From a virus: a DNA stretch of 64,000 bases. Position 1 is the stretch's first letter; each line of letters opens with the position of its first letter. This document shows, in pieces, positions 49,908-61,563 of this stretch. A program made the position numbers and the translations under genes. The stretch covers positions 12,009 through 76,008 of IMG/VR virus record IMGVR_UViG_3300049491_000083; one strand, 5' to 3'. The notes under the pieces are model-generated. The model was not told where the DNA came from and ran no database searches. It saw only the letters and a program-made list of their open reading frames with translations.

Positions 49908-51137
49908 TCATGAGTTATCCTCAAAGTCCTTGTACCGGAACATTCCTAGATCGAAGTTTGTCTCAATCATGAACTCTCCTAGGAACCCGTGTCGATTCTT
50001 GCGGAAGCAGGCTTCGATCACGTCGCTGGTTGGCTCACGACCTAGGGCCAGAACCCAGTCAGCGTCATAGGCAAGTTGCTTCGACCATGCGACCTGACCT
50101 AAGGCGGGTACGGTGGTCATGTTCGTTGCATCGTCAGGAGTCGCTGAGGCGATAGCCACGATGGGCACCTGAGCAGACCCGGCAAGCATCTTCAATTCAC
50201 GACTGATGTTCTTGATCTTGACAGTCTCATTGTCCTGCGGGGTATTGGATTGCATCAACTGGATATAGTCAACGAATACAATGTCCGGTGCGTACTGGTC
50301 GATCTTTCCTCTCAGTACCGCTGGTGTTACCTCGCCGTCGCCATCGTTGCTGATGACGGGGAAGGACGGCTTGCCCTCCAAGTATGCCTTAGCCCACTTG
50401 GTAAAGGACTCCACATCGAAGTCCCCGCTGCTGATCTTCCTGTGCGAGAACAGGCCACCGCCCATGATAGTATACGCACGGTTACGGACCTCTGCCTCAG
50501 ACATTTCCAGACTGAGGATGAGAGGAACCTTGTTGTGCTTCCATGCTTGGATAGCCATGTAGAGCATGAGCCACGACTTGCCGATCTGAGGATAGGCCAA
50601 TAGGATGCCAAAGTGACCCGGCATGATACCGGCAGGAAGGTAGTTGTCGAATCCAGCCAGACCAGTCTTGATACCCTGACCAAGCCCAAGCCTGTTGAGT
50701 TCTTCCTGTCTCTCGTAATACTGAGTAGCATCCTCGTGATCGACCATATCAAGGTCACGGATGCTGGCGGTGTCCCGCTTGAGTTCCGCAGTCTTGTTAA
50801 TGAGAAGATTGAGTGCTGCTACCGGGTCCTTTTGGGCCAACTTGACAGCACTTTCCTTGATGATATCGTTGACACGACTATCTACATAGTGAGTCTGCAA
50901 TTCCTCTAGGTGATACTTGGTCGCCCCTACTTTTGGGACGGCATCGAAGTCACTGAAGTTTTCTTCAATTAGATGGACAGGAGGGACGGTCTTGTTCTTC
51001 TCGTGGTAATCTCGGATGAACTCCCAGATATCCAGATGGGTCTTGAATAGTTTGTCAGGGTTAGCCGACAGCAGGACGTGAATTTGCTTGTCCTCTAGCA
51101 AGGCCGATAATACCTTGGCCTCTGCATTGTCTGTCAT
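49908..51137 (-). CDS. dnaB: DnaB-like replicative helicase
   Basis: IGKS, SLEM, VDYIQL, YDAD, KNRHG motifs. Confidence 0.93.
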   Translation of the reverse strand: MTDNAEAKVLSALLEDKQIHVLLSANPDKLFKTHLDIWEFIRDYHEKNKTVPPVHLIEENFSDFDAVPKVGATKYHLEELQTHYVDSRVNDIIKESAVKLAQKDPVAALNLLINKTAELKRDTASIRDLDMVDHEDATQYYERQEELNRLGLGQGIKTGLAGFDNYLPAGIMPGHFGILLAYPQIGKSWLMLYMAIQAWKHNKVPLILSLEMSEAEVRNRAYTIMGGGLFSHRKISSGDFDVESFTKWAKAYLEGKPSFPVISNDGDGEVTPAVLRGKIDQYAPDIVFVDYIQLMQSNTPQDNETVKIKNISRELKMLAGSAQVPIVAIASATPDDATNMTTVPALGQVAWSKQLAYDADWVLALGREPTSDVIEACFRKNRHGFLGEFMIETNFDLGMFRYKDFEDNS

Positions 51138-51646
51138 TTAAGCCACTCCCTCGCTCTCGCTCTGTTCACAGCACGAATGCGCTGATCCTCTTCCTCTAGT
51201 TTCATTGCTTGCAGGACTTTCTCCATATTGTAGGAGAGCCACGTCCAGTCCGGGGACGAATTGATCTTGAAGTAGTAGTTGATGCCTTCTACGCACTCAT
51301 CATAGCCGAAGGATTCAATAAGAGCATCTGCCGCCCATTGCTGAGCGAACATATTAATATATGAGGACTTGCCTCGGGCTGACAGATGCTTCTTGAATTG
51401 GGTAAGAAGTGCGAAGCGCAACTTCTTGTCAGCCATTATCCAACCAGATCCTTCTTCGCCTGCGTTACCTTCGCCACCAACTGCTCTGCGATCACAGTGT
51501 ACAGGCTATCGATGCCCTCGTCAACCGTGGTGGTCGGGAGCAAGTCCTGAGTGGCCCCTACGTCAATCCGAATGTTCTGGAAGTTCCCTGTATTGAGGGT
51601 GTATCCCAAGGATACTGTAACAGAATTATTACTCATTGATAATCTC

Positions 51647-52186
51647 CTAATATGTTTTCTCTTGCCACGTTGGTATGAACTCTCCCGCTGGTGTTCTGGT
51701 GTACATTATCAGCGCATCCCCCATTTTAGCACGTAGTTCGTTCTCTGTCAATACCCCGGAAGTTGTGGTCAGTCCATCCTTGCGGGGCCTGCCACGATGC
51801 TTGGTAGCCATGTTAGATCTGATAGTGAAGAGGTCATCCTCTGAGTAGTAGGCTCTCCGCTGCCACTGTCTCTGTCCATCCTGAGATAGACCGACAGGCG
51901 GGGGAACCTCACCAGCCATGGCGTAGTTCTTGATCATCTTGGGGCTGCGTCCTAGGATTCTGCCTGCGCTCTCTAGGCTGTAGGCTCGCCTGCCATGCTT
52001 TTTGAAGTCAGACCACAGCATCGTCTGGCTCTTGTCCTGCGGGTAGTTGTAGAGATGAACAATGTTCATACCCCGGTTTGCTGCTATGAACCTTACCAGT
52101 TCACCATTAAGAAAGAATAGTTTCTTTGATGGTCTTACTGGCCGTTGAAACTCCTGAGAAACCTTTGCTCTGTTTGTGCCAGCCAT
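51647..52186 (-). CDS. MerR-like HTH DNA-binding protein with AT-hook
   Basis: YSLESAGRILGRS, RAYYSEDD, RGRPRK. Confidence 0.65.
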   Translation of the reverse strand: MAGTNRAKVSQEFQRPVRPSKKLFFLNGELVRFIAANRGMNIVHLYNYPQDKSQTMLWSDFKKHGRRAYSLESAGRILGRSPKMIKNYAMAGEVPPPVGLSQDGQRQWQRRAYYSEDDLFTIRSNMATKHRGRPRKDGLTTTSGVLTENELRAKMGDALIMYTRTPAGEFIPTWQEKTY

Positions 52187-52355
52187 GTAATATGGCCTCC
52201 TAGCGTCGATGGTGGATGGAACATCTTCCGTTTGCCGCAGACTATACAGAATACTTCCAGATGATCCGCTGCGGAGTGTACCCGATCTACAAACATCTTA
52301 CCACGGCAGCGGGGACAAGTCAAGCCATTCCCGTAACCTCTTTGCGGACCACTCA

Positions 52356-52787
52356 TTAGATTGTCTCTGAGAATCCAACGGCAATAACATTGACGTTAAT
52401 GTTGAGGCTGCCTCCGCGATTGAACCTGACTCGCATGGTGGCCTGCTGGCTGCTGATATTCTTGAACACTACCGTTGCATCGTCACCGATGTTGGATGAT
52501 GTTCCCGATACGATGGTTGCCGTAAGAACAGGAAGCCCCCGGAATGGGGGGTATGAAATGGTAACGTCTACCACGTCACCGTCTGTCTTGTTGGACGAGG
52601 CCACGACGTTGACTGACGTGGCGAAGATCTTCGTTTCCGAAGTCTTGACCGAGGTATTATTAATGCTTGAATACGATGTGGACCTGTCTCCTACGAGTGT
52701 GGTCAGTTGATTCACCTGTGTTACTATCTGCGCAATGTAGTCAACGTCCATCGGCTGTAGTCTGTTAGGTGTTGCTAGGATTCCCAT
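52356..52787 (-). CDS. putative tail-associated protein
   Basis: beta-rich sequence in the tail module. Confidence 0.55.
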   Translation of the reverse strand: MGILATPNRLQPMDVDYIAQIVTQVNQLTTLVGDRSTSYSSINNTSVKTSETKIFATSVNVVASSNKTDGDVVDVTISYPPFRGLPVLTATIVSGTSSNIGDDATVVFKNISSQQATMRVRFNRGGSLNINVNVIAVGFSETI

Positions 52788-52810
52788 AGGCCTTATTATA
52801 CACTAATGTC

Positions 52811-54580
52811 CTACGGCTGGTAGACGGTCTTGTGCAGAAGATAATTGGACAATATCTCTGATGGGAGCAGGACTCTATTGTAAACCTGCACCTTGGCAAT
52901 CTGGCCATAGAATTCAGTTGTCTCAATGTTTCCGATGCCAATAGCCTTGTTTGCTGCATTGTTCGATATTGTGTATGCAGCAGTGCTGGCTGGACTAATC
53001 AGGACTCCGTTGACATACATCGCTTGGGTTGATCCGTTTCTTGTATAGCATACATTGTCAGCACTACGATAGATCCACGTACCAACACCAGACACACCAA
53101 TCCTGTTTGTACCGGCCTCGTTCGTTCCGCATTCAAGAGAGAAACCGCCACCAGACCCGGCAAGGCGAGTCGAAAAGATAGAGTGACGAGCACCCATATA
53201 CGTTGGCCTTATCCATGCCTGAATACTGAATACCGTTCCAAACTGCAATGATGACGAGTTAGGTATAGAGACATATGATTTTGTTGGCCCGTCAATGTTC
53301 ATTCTACCTTGGTCATTTGACTGCCATGTGACATTCCTGACAAAGTTTCCGTTGTTGCTGTTGCCAGAAATGTCGTACCAGACGGTGCCTGTTCGTGGCA
53401 GTGGATAGGAAGCGGTATTCGCTGCATCAACGCTGAGAACAAGTCCCTCAGTAGCAAACCCACCCTGAATGGATGTACTTGCTTCTGGGTTATAGTTTGA
53501 TGCCACCCATACTCCATTTCCATTTGCAAGGTGGCCCGTGACAAGACCTGCCAATAGTTTTGTATCTTGGACCTCAAAGTTGACAGCATCAGATGTTACT
53601 ACTGCCCTTGATCCTGCACCAAACCCCCCGGTTACTGCCGAGCCTCCAAATATTGCGAGACCTTGGGCATTAACAAATGCGGGATAGATCTGATGACCGA
53701 ATTCAGTGTTGACATATGTCTTGGCTAACGTCCATGTTACTAGATCTGGCGAGGTATACACCCTTGCCTGAGTTCCGCCACCGGCAGGGGTTACATCACT
53801 TGTTGAACATGCCAGTATCCACTTTCCAGACTCACGATGGTATCCAATGCCAGAGAACGTGGCTAGCGGCAGGGTTGTTACCTGTGTCCAGTTAAGCCCA
53901 AGATCCGTTGACTTCCACATTTCTGGCCCGGTATCCGTGCCAAGAGGGGCGTTGGATATCATTGCCACCACGACACCATTGCCATACTTAATCGTGGACC
54001 CGAAACTGGATGCATTCTTGTACTGAGCGATAAGGTTGCCAGTCCACGACGTTCCATTGGTCGTGCTCAAGACGTAACAGGAGTTGCGACCGATAGACGG
54101 GAAAGACATTCGCATAGCAAGCATAAGGTACTTTGTTGGCAACTGGACACCATCAACACCAACAGTGGTGTTCCATCCCATTATGCTTGACCATGTTGCA
54201 TTCGTCCACGTTGAAAGGTTGGTAGATCTACCGTATGAACCATACGACCAGATGTAATTTCCATAGATGTAATCGTAGTGGGCTATCTGATTATCGACTC
54301 CAGTACCGGTTCCCTGCACCGTCCATGTGATTCCATCTGTTGACGTTACTGTCTGGGCATTACTGTTTGCCATGAAGAATCGGTCATTGGCAAAGTTCAT
54401 GGCATATGACTGCGTATTTCTAAATGGTGATGGGAGTGTTCTTGGTGTCCATATACCCCCACCCGCTACCGGCGGATAGTATGTGCCCACCGGAACAGTC
54501 CCACGGTTCTTTGTTTCTTGAGTAGGAATCCATGATGTAACGAGTTTGTTGCTTCTGATCCGTGGCTTATACTCAAGCAT
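52811..54580 (-). CDS. receptor-binding/tail-fibre protein (BNR-type propeller plus LamG/ConA domain)
   Basis: repeated S.DG..WT boxes; GLVLSVDAAN..SYP...WYDISGN and VYNRVL..EI..NY. Confidence 0.8.
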   Translation of the reverse strand: MLEYKPRIRSNKLVTSWIPTQETKNRGTVPVGTYYPPVAGGGIWTPRTLPSPFRNTQSYAMNFANDRFFMANSNAQTVTSTDGITWTVQGTGTGVDNQIAHYDYIYGNYIWSYGSYGRSTNLSTWTNATWSSIMGWNTTVGVDGVQLPTKYLMLAMRMSFPSIGRNSCYVLSTTNGTSWTGNLIAQYKNASSFGSTIKYGNGVVVAMISNAPLGTDTGPEMWKSTDLGLNWTQVTTLPLATFSGIGYHRESGKWILACSTSDVTPAGGGTQARVYTSPDLVTWTLAKTYVNTEFGHQIYPAFVNAQGLAIFGGSAVTGGFGAGSRAVVTSDAVNFEVQDTKLLAGLVTGHLANGNGVWVASNYNPEASTSIQGGFATEGLVLSVDAANTASYPLPRTGTVWYDISGNSNNGNFVRNVTWQSNDQGRMNIDGPTKSYVSIPNSSSLQFGTVFSIQAWIRPTYMGARHSIFSTRLAGSGGGFSLECGTNEAGTNRIGVSGVGTWIYRSADNVCYTRNGSTQAMYVNGVLISPASTAAYTISNNAANKAIGIGNIETTEFYGQIAKVQVYNRVLLPSEILSNYLLHKTVYQP

Positions 54581-54583
54581 GGG

Positions 54584-57271
54584 TTACGTGATCCTGTTGG
54601 CGAATCCATAAACAACGATGGTACTCGCGGTGCTGGCACTGCAATTGACATAGAGACCAGAGTTGAGGACCAAGCCGGGGACCAAGAGAGTCAATCCACT
54701 TGCTACCGTGAGTGTTGCCTCTATCTTTGATCCTCCAGATCCATTTCCAGTATTGGCGGCAGGCTGTGCCCACCATAGTTGAACCGATGTGGTTACTGCA
54801 CCTTGGTTTGCCGCATAAAGCCAGAGTTCATCCATGCTCCCGCCTGCACCATGTACTAGCAATCCTCCAGATGAAGGGGCAAGGATGCCAGCACCCGATC
54901 CAGAGCCACTGAGTTGTACGCGAGAGAATGTGGACATACCTAAATTATATCACGCGAACAGGCTGATGCCAATAGCAAGGTTAACATCTTGTGGGTCTGC
55001 TCCGGTAGTTCCCCAGCCCACAGCCCCATCCACATTGCTTGTCTTGACCAATGCTTGCCCAGTTGTTCCTCCGGGTGGAACAGATGTAGGAGCATCCTCC
55101 CAGAACATATCATAGTCTGCTGCACTCAACTTCGTGAGGATCTGGTCGGTTGCCCCACCCGCTGGCACGTCATGGTTATTGACAGGCTCAAGATAGTCTG
55201 TACCCGGTTGTGGAATATATGGCTGTGGAACCCATCCAACATCATAGTCTCCCGGTCCAGTCTTGACAGGGATATCTCCAGTATTACCTCCGGGTGGCAT
55301 GAGACCATCTGGTGGTGGTACCACATAGAGCGTCTGCTGCTCAACAAAGTTGATGACTGACCAGTCGGAGTACAGGTTTCTGTTCTCATTGACAATGCGA
55401 TAGCGAACCTTGTTGATCTGATCCCCGGTAGGGATGAACATATCACTCTGCGGAATAACCACTCTTGACATTAGTAGATGGATACCCCCATGCGGTATTC
55501 CATGTATCCCTGCGAGTTTTCGATCTTCTCAAGTGGCAGGCCGTCCTCTAGCGAGTTCTTCAACTTTGAGTAGGCCACCATGCCATAGAGAGGATTGGCT
55601 GTCTCAATATTATCCAGTCGTATTCCATCCAGTACAACGTATGACCCATCATATGCATCGAAGGCATCTAGCGTCTGTACGTACACAGATATCTTGTTGA
55701 CTCGTGCCCAACTGAATGACGGGCTTCCGATGTTGAAGTCCTTTATGGGGAATTCCAGTACCTGATACTGACTGTCACCTAGTTGTCCAGAGTATACGAC
55801 AGTACCGGCCCAAGCCACGATGCCACTCACGGTATCGGTAAACTCAAGCATGATGCGCACTCTGTCGGGGGATGCCCCTGCCTCTGCTGCATTGACGACA
55901 GAAAAAGCCAACTTGACAATATCGTTAGGAGAGTTCTTGCTCATGTTGAGGGCAAGTTCAGACGTGGTGACGTAGGTGCTGCTTGGAGAATTGAGGCCGT
56001 CATCAGCGAATGTGGTTAGGTCTCCACGAACAATCAGGCACCTGTTCAAGTACCGTGGTGTCTCATATCTATTCTTCCTGTCTGCATACGAGAAGATCTG
56101 GTTGTTTGAATTGGCAAAGACAGCAGCATTGATGACCGATGCCGATACGTCACCATACTGATCAGCAAGCGATTGTGTCGTGTAGTCGATAGGCTGATTG
56201 GCACCGTCGTAACGATTCCATCCCTCTGTCGTGAGAAAGCCTGCAATAGGCTTGCTGTCATAGCCAATGGCCAACTGATTGCTGGCCGCTGGGTAGATTG
56301 CTACCTCGGTCATCTCATACCGCTGATCAGGTGGTAACTGGGCCTTGAATACAAGGCGGTCACGAACATAAGTCAGACTTGCAATGTCTGGACCTGCCGC
56401 GTTCCAATAAATATCTGGTAGGGAGAGCGTATTGGCGTAGTTCACGGTAGAGCCGAAGGCACTAGTGGCAATGAAGGTTCCAGAGTACGCCGCCATTGAT
56501 GGATCAGCGAATGATATGGAGGCCTCGTCACCGACATTGATGCCATGGAGGGAGTTTGTCTCTATACTAATCCATGGACCGGAAACGGAATATATTCCTA
56601 CATCTATTGCGACTGTATCATTGACGATACCGCGAGATAGCACCGGTACCCGGAATGCCTCAAAGTCCATGGACTTCTTCGTTGGTAGAGTAGTGTCATT
56701 GGCTGCGACGAGCAGGGGTTTTGCCCCTACGCCCACAGCAAGGTAGGCCGCATACTCTGGTGCCTGTCCAAGCATGTACTTGGCGATAATCTGGTTTCCC
56801 TTATTGGTAATCATTTTCCCTCATATTATATATTCTACCAGCAGTCAGGACTTCCACCTGAACGAGTTCGTCGTCTTTCATGTTGTCAAATTCAATGACA
56901 AGATCTGTGTTCTGGAAGTACACGTTGGTACCGACATTGGTATCAGGAACTACGGTGTTTGAGTCATAGAAATCTGTCTCGGGAATTCTGTTGGCAAGCC
57001 TGATTGCATACCGGTCGAATTCTGACTGGTACCGAGACTTATTGATCAGCAGGAACGATGGATCGAAGAGCCTGTCCTGCACCATGAGGTCAGAAATCAC
57101 GGAGTAGTTAAACGTCATGCCAGATACGGAGTCATTGCGGACGAGGTTGATCAGTTCCGTACCGCCGATATCATTGAACAGATATTTCTCTATCTCCCCG
57201 GTATCTGCTACCTGAGTAATATTTGCCACAACGTCCCTGTTGGGCAACCGGATCGCGCTTGCATCTACCAT
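54584..57271 (-). other. minor tail/baseplate genes (54584..54937, 54950..55471, 55471..56814, 56801..57271)
   Basis: coupled ORFs downstream of the tape measure; MITNKG.. baseplate-type start, PxGGxTGQ fibre motifs. Confidence 0.7.
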
Positions 57272-60200
57272 CAGACCTCAACCACCTTTAGCACCTGTTC
57301 TACGGACCCAAGTTTCCGCGAGTATTCAATTTCCTTTATGACGAACCTCGCCGCTGGATCGATGACCTCAACATTGTCCGGTGTCGTATACTCTATTGTA
57401 ACAATATCTCCAACCTGCAATGTTGGCAAGGGGAAGGTGCGCACGACAAGTACCTGCCGTGGCTTGAGAGTCTTATTGATGAGCCACTCCATGAGGTTGC
57501 GAGCCTGATCCTCCGACTGCACGTACATAGAATCCATGGAGAACTGGCGCTCGCCGTACTTGGAACGGCTGGCCTTGATCCTGTTGAAGTCATTCTTGGA
57601 ATTGACTGGGGAGATAAGATAGTTGTTGTCGAACTGAGGATCAGAGGCATCTGAAATCTTGTTGTAGTAATCGTCCACAGTCATGCTGTTGACTGAATTC
57701 TGAGTAAATGTCACACCAAGGATACGCAGGTAACTGCCGCTTGTCTCATCAAGAACAATGGCCCTGTCAGCAGAGTTGAACACAAGGAACTCAGCCTCGT
57801 ATGCGCCGCCATAGAATCCTGATACGGTGAATGAGCGGTCGGTAGTAAACGTCTGGGCTATCTTGGAGTAGAAGGCGGGGTACGCCTGATCATAGTCGAT
57901 GGAGAAGTGTACGGCCTCGCGCATTATGGTGCCGAACTCCTCAAAGTACAACTTGACATTGAGCGGATTGGACGATGAGATGTTGGTTAGATATGCCGAC
58001 TGCACCATGCCAGAGATAGCATATTTCTTCATGAACTCATTTGTATTTACCCCGGTACTATCAAAGGCATCATCCACGTCAGCAAGGACGGAGCCTTGGT
58101 TCCTCGCAACGATATCCTCAATAGCGTAGATGTTCTCAAACATGCACTCTGTTGATGCCCGGACGAACAAGGCGCACGAGGTCAGGACGGGCAGAGGATT
58201 AACGTCCTTGACAACCTTCACAAGGATGTTGTTGATGAAGAGGTAGAAGTTTATTGCACCGCTGCTCAGTACCTCATACTCAATGGATAGATCGTAAACG
58301 GTGTTGTTGTCTGTTTGAGCCAGCCTATCCTGACCCACAAAGAGGCCGCTGTCCACAATGATATTGGTCAAGCCTCCCCATAGTTTCTGAGGCATGGCTG
58401 GTGCTGTCGCTCCGTCACCTGAGTTTGTGTAGCGATTCACCTTGTAGAAAATGATATTGTGAACCACTGTCTCTTGCCCATTTGCATCTGTGAGGGCCGC
58501 ATACTTCTCAATGTTGCTGTCGCTGAGAGCAGCAATCTCAAAGTAATACCCGCTTCCGTTTGATGGGTCCACCATGATGCCAATGCCACCAGAGCCACCA
58601 TTGACCGATACACTATCCTCAGCAGACTGGGCTTGGATGGAGTAGTAGTTACTTGATCCATTGGCTACCTGACCGAAGTTCTGATCAGCCTTGCCGATGA
58701 TACGCATACGTGTGCCAAAGTGCTTGAATGCAGAGTTGCCCGACAGATCCTTGTAGACATATGAAACAAGATCACGGGGATTAGGAATGGCTGGGTCTGG
58801 GCGAGGGCCACGCATGACTAGAGCAGATGACTGGATAGTACCAGCGTTGGTTGTCTTGAGTTTGTTTACCGCCCCATCCTCGTAGACCTTAGACGCAAGG
58901 AAGTTCTTGATAATACCGTTACGTGATGACTTCTTCGCAATGGTGTTTATTGCCGCTGTCTCTGTTCTGATCGTCCCGCTCAATGTCGGCGGGACAAGAT
59001 CCTCTGTTGGAGTAGTGGAGAACATGCCTGCCGAATACATCTTGATCCCATAGGTATTGGCATCGTCTGACCAGTAATCATTCAGGCCTGCAAGGTGTTC
59101 AGTCACGACAGTATCGAACTGTCCACGTCCATGAGCCTTGACGGGTCCGTTCTTCATGTACGTCACGCTGGCACTGACCTCATAGAATGGCTCGGCATAG
59201 ATTCTTACCCGGCCTGTGGGATAGATCTTACCATTGAATGGCAAGTTGGCAAAGTAGCGCTGATACTCCTGATTGCTAGTCACCCACGCAACGGGTGTCG
59301 ATGTACCGGGAATAGCGTACTCAACCGCATCGAATCTGATAATCTCGCCATTGGCATACAGATACCCTTGGAATCGTGGTAGCCAGTATACGCTCTCACC
59401 GAAGTCAATGACGTTGTTCGTCAGGGCATTGCTCACAACATATGGGACGCTGGCAGTCAGGTTGGCATTCAAGGCCATGGCTCCTAGAGCAAAGCCCGAA
59501 GCCTGCTTGCTGGCCTCATTGATTGTCTTTGTCTCTTGGTTTGCTGATACTTCCCATAGCAATACCGGCTTATATCTGTATGATCTCTCGCTGTCAAGGG
59601 ATGCGGTCTGGCCTACCGCCGCTACCTCACGCTGCACATATCTAATCGTATATCCGATGGTGCCACTGTTGAGGACGATAGACTCCTGAGGATCGATGGA
59701 TTCGATGTTGGCCAGTGGTGTAGCGTTACCACTGAGAACGAAGTCCACCGTGCGCTCACCCTCATCTGGTAGCAGATACTCCTTCGACATAACCACGAAG
59801 TTGTTGTACTCATCAAAGAACATGGCTGACTGAGTGGCAATGGCAAGACGCTCAAGAATCTCTGCTATGCTCGTGCGCTTCTCCACGAAGAAATAGGGGA
59901 GGATAACGTCGTCTGATGTATTGGCAAACCTAAAGATGTAATTGCTGAACCCGATAGAGTCCAGCAGGCTGGCTACAGCGTAGGTAAGCCGGGTATCCTT
60001 GTACAGGACACTAGGCGAGTTTGTTGTCTCTAGCCTGAAGAACAGGTCGCGTAATGGAATGTTCACGTCTTGGGTGCCGTCTACAGCAGAGAGGAACCTG
60101 TCTGCATAGAGTGTCTTGATGGGAATGTACTTGTTGTACCCGTTGATATCCAAAATGATTTCATAGGGCACGAACTTGATGTTCTGCTTGAGGCACGAAG

Positions 60201-61563
60201 CGATGATACTACCGTTGATACCGTCGAACGTGTTGGCCTCGTTGAAAGCATTGCCAACGTTGGCTAGGGAGATTGCTCCATTGGACGTGGCAAGTGATCC
60301 CACGGGTAGGCCATTCGCTGCACCAGACAACGGCTTGGTCACGGAGAACTCTGTCACACTATCAGATAGATCAACAGACAGGCGAGGGGACATTTCAATA
60401 AGGTCAAAGCATGTTTGAGGGGCATTCATTGTGCTGACAACGATTCTCATTCCACGGATACGCTGGAACTCTCGGTAGATAGTATCTGGACCTGATGTAT
60501 AGTAAGGGGGATCTATCAACGTGGTTGCGTTTCCGTTGCGCTTGATATGCACATCCTCAAGCAGTGACCACCCATATTGCAACGTTTCTGTACCCCATGT
60601 TGCACCATCCCATACGACAAGCGTACCGGCAGCAGCCGTCGATGAACCGTGAATGTATGCATCACCGACAAGGTTGCCAGATGTTGGCAGCATGGTAACG
60701 TCGATGTACCCCAGAAAGTCAAAGGTATCAATATAGCCCACTGGAGGCTTGATGCCATAGAACAGTTCTACCATTCCATCCTTGGGAACGATAGGCGACG
60801 AGTCTGAACGGGTAGAAAGATGGGTGAACGATGCTGCATCAACCCATGTATCGTCTGGTGCTAGCACTTGTATCTGCCAGTGCTTGGGAACACTTGCATA
60901 CTCATAGTCATATAGAGGATCATCAATGTACTCGTCATCGATTGTTCGTACCGTTCCCAAATCCACGGTACCGACATTGGTCTGCATCTTGACGACAAGC
61001 CTATTGGCATTGACGGGCTGGGAATATACCACGAACGGAACAGCGTCATCAATCATGTACGCTGTCGATGCCGTGACGAATGCGGTGGAGATTCCTCGCT
61101 CCTTTAACCCATCCTTACGGTAGGAACTCCAATACTTGAAGTAGTCATAGCGTGACGAGATATAGTACCGTGGACGATCACCAGAGCGAATGTTGTCAAT
61201 GTACTTACCGGAGAAGAAACGAGACTTGTTGATACCGGATCGTGGGCGGAAGGGAAGGATGCAATCGCCTAGGCTGTAGTAGTATGATGGACTCTTGTCC
61301 ACTACCACAAATGGGTTGGGATCTTCTGTGACCTTGTACTCTTCGTATGAAAGGTCGCTGCCGGTAAATGCAGCATCGTCGGGGAAGTAGGTATCTGTGA
61401 GGACAGGCCATGTCATATCCAGACCAGATGGGCGGTAGAAGTAATTGCCGATGCGCTCAACATTCTCAAGATCATTGAGATTGAACTCTGCCAGCATCAG
61501 GGTTGATAGGCGAAGAGTTGTCTCGGTCTGCAACGCAGCGTTAAGATCGTTGTCGATAAACAC
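57271..61563 (-). CDS. large minor tail (hub/central fibre) protein
   Basis: 1430 aa, second gene after the tape measure, LQVGDIVTI hub motif. Confidence 0.78.
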   Translation of the reverse strand: MFIDNDLNAALQTETTLRLSTLMLAEFNLNDLENVERIGNYFYRPSGLDMTWPVLTDTYFPDDAAFTGSDLSYEEYKVTEDPNPFVVVDKSPSYYYSLGDCILPFRPRSGINKSRFFSGKYIDNIRSGDRPRYYISSRYDYFKYWSSYRKDGLKERGISTAFVTASTAYMIDDAVPFVVYSQPVNANRLVVKMQTNVGTVDLGTVRTIDDEYIDDPLYDYEYASVPKHWQIQVLAPDDTWVDAASFTHLSTRSDSSPIVPKDGMVELFYGIKPPVGYIDTFDFLGYIDVTMLPTSGNLVGDAYIHGSSTAAAGTLVVWDGATWGTETLQYGWSLLEDVHIKRNGNATTLIDPPYYTSGPDTIYREFQRIRGMRIVVSTMNAPQTCFDLIEMSPRLSVDLSDSVTEFSVTKPLSGAANGLPVGSLATSNGAISLANVGNAFNEANTFDGINGSIIASCLKQNIKFVPYEIILDINGYNKYIPIKTLYADRFLSAVDGTQDVNIPLRDLFFRLETTNSPSVLYKDTRLTYAVASLLDSIGFSNYIFRFANTSDDVILPYFFVEKRTSIAEILERLAIATQSAMFFDEYNNFVVMSKEYLLPDEGERTVDFVLSGNATPLANIESIDPQESIVLNSGTIGYTIRYVQREVAAVGQTASLDSERSYRYKPVLLWEVSANQETKTINEASKQASGFALGAMALNANLTASVPYVVSNALTNNVIDFGESVYWLPRFQGYLYANGEIIRFDAVEYAIPGTSTPVAWVTSNQEYQRYFANLPFNGKIYPTGRVRIYAEPFYEVSASVTYMKNGPVKAHGRGQFDTVVTEHLAGLNDYWSDDANTYGIKMYSAGMFSTTPTEDLVPPTLSGTIRTETAAINTIAKKSSRNGIIKNFLASKVYEDGAVNKLKTTNAGTIQSSALVMRGPRPDPAIPNPRDLVSYVYKDLSGNSAFKHFGTRMRIIGKADQNFGQVANGSSNYYSIQAQSAEDSVSVNGGSGGIGIMVDPSNGSGYYFEIAALSDSNIEKYAALTDANGQETVVHNIIFYKVNRYTNSGDGATAPAMPQKLWGGLTNIIVDSGLFVGQDRLAQTDNNTVYDLSIEYEVLSSGAINFYLFINNILVKVVKDVNPLPVLTSCALFVRASTECMFENIYAIEDIVARNQGSVLADVDDAFDSTGVNTNEFMKKYAISGMVQSAYLTNISSSNPLNVKLYFEEFGTIMREAVHFSIDYDQAYPAFYSKIAQTFTTDRSFTVSGFYGGAYEAEFLVFNSADRAIVLDETSGSYLRILGVTFTQNSVNSMTVDDYYNKISDASDPQFDNNYLISPVNSKNDFNRIKASRSKYGERQFSMDSMYVQSEDQARNLMEWLINKTLKPRQVLVVRTFPLPTLQVGDIVTIEYTTPDNVEVIDPAARFVIKEIEYSRKLGSVEQVLKVVEV

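Noticed and set aside
52811-54580. Diversity-generating retroelement target
   Set aside because: No reverse transcriptase or template repeat seen in the window
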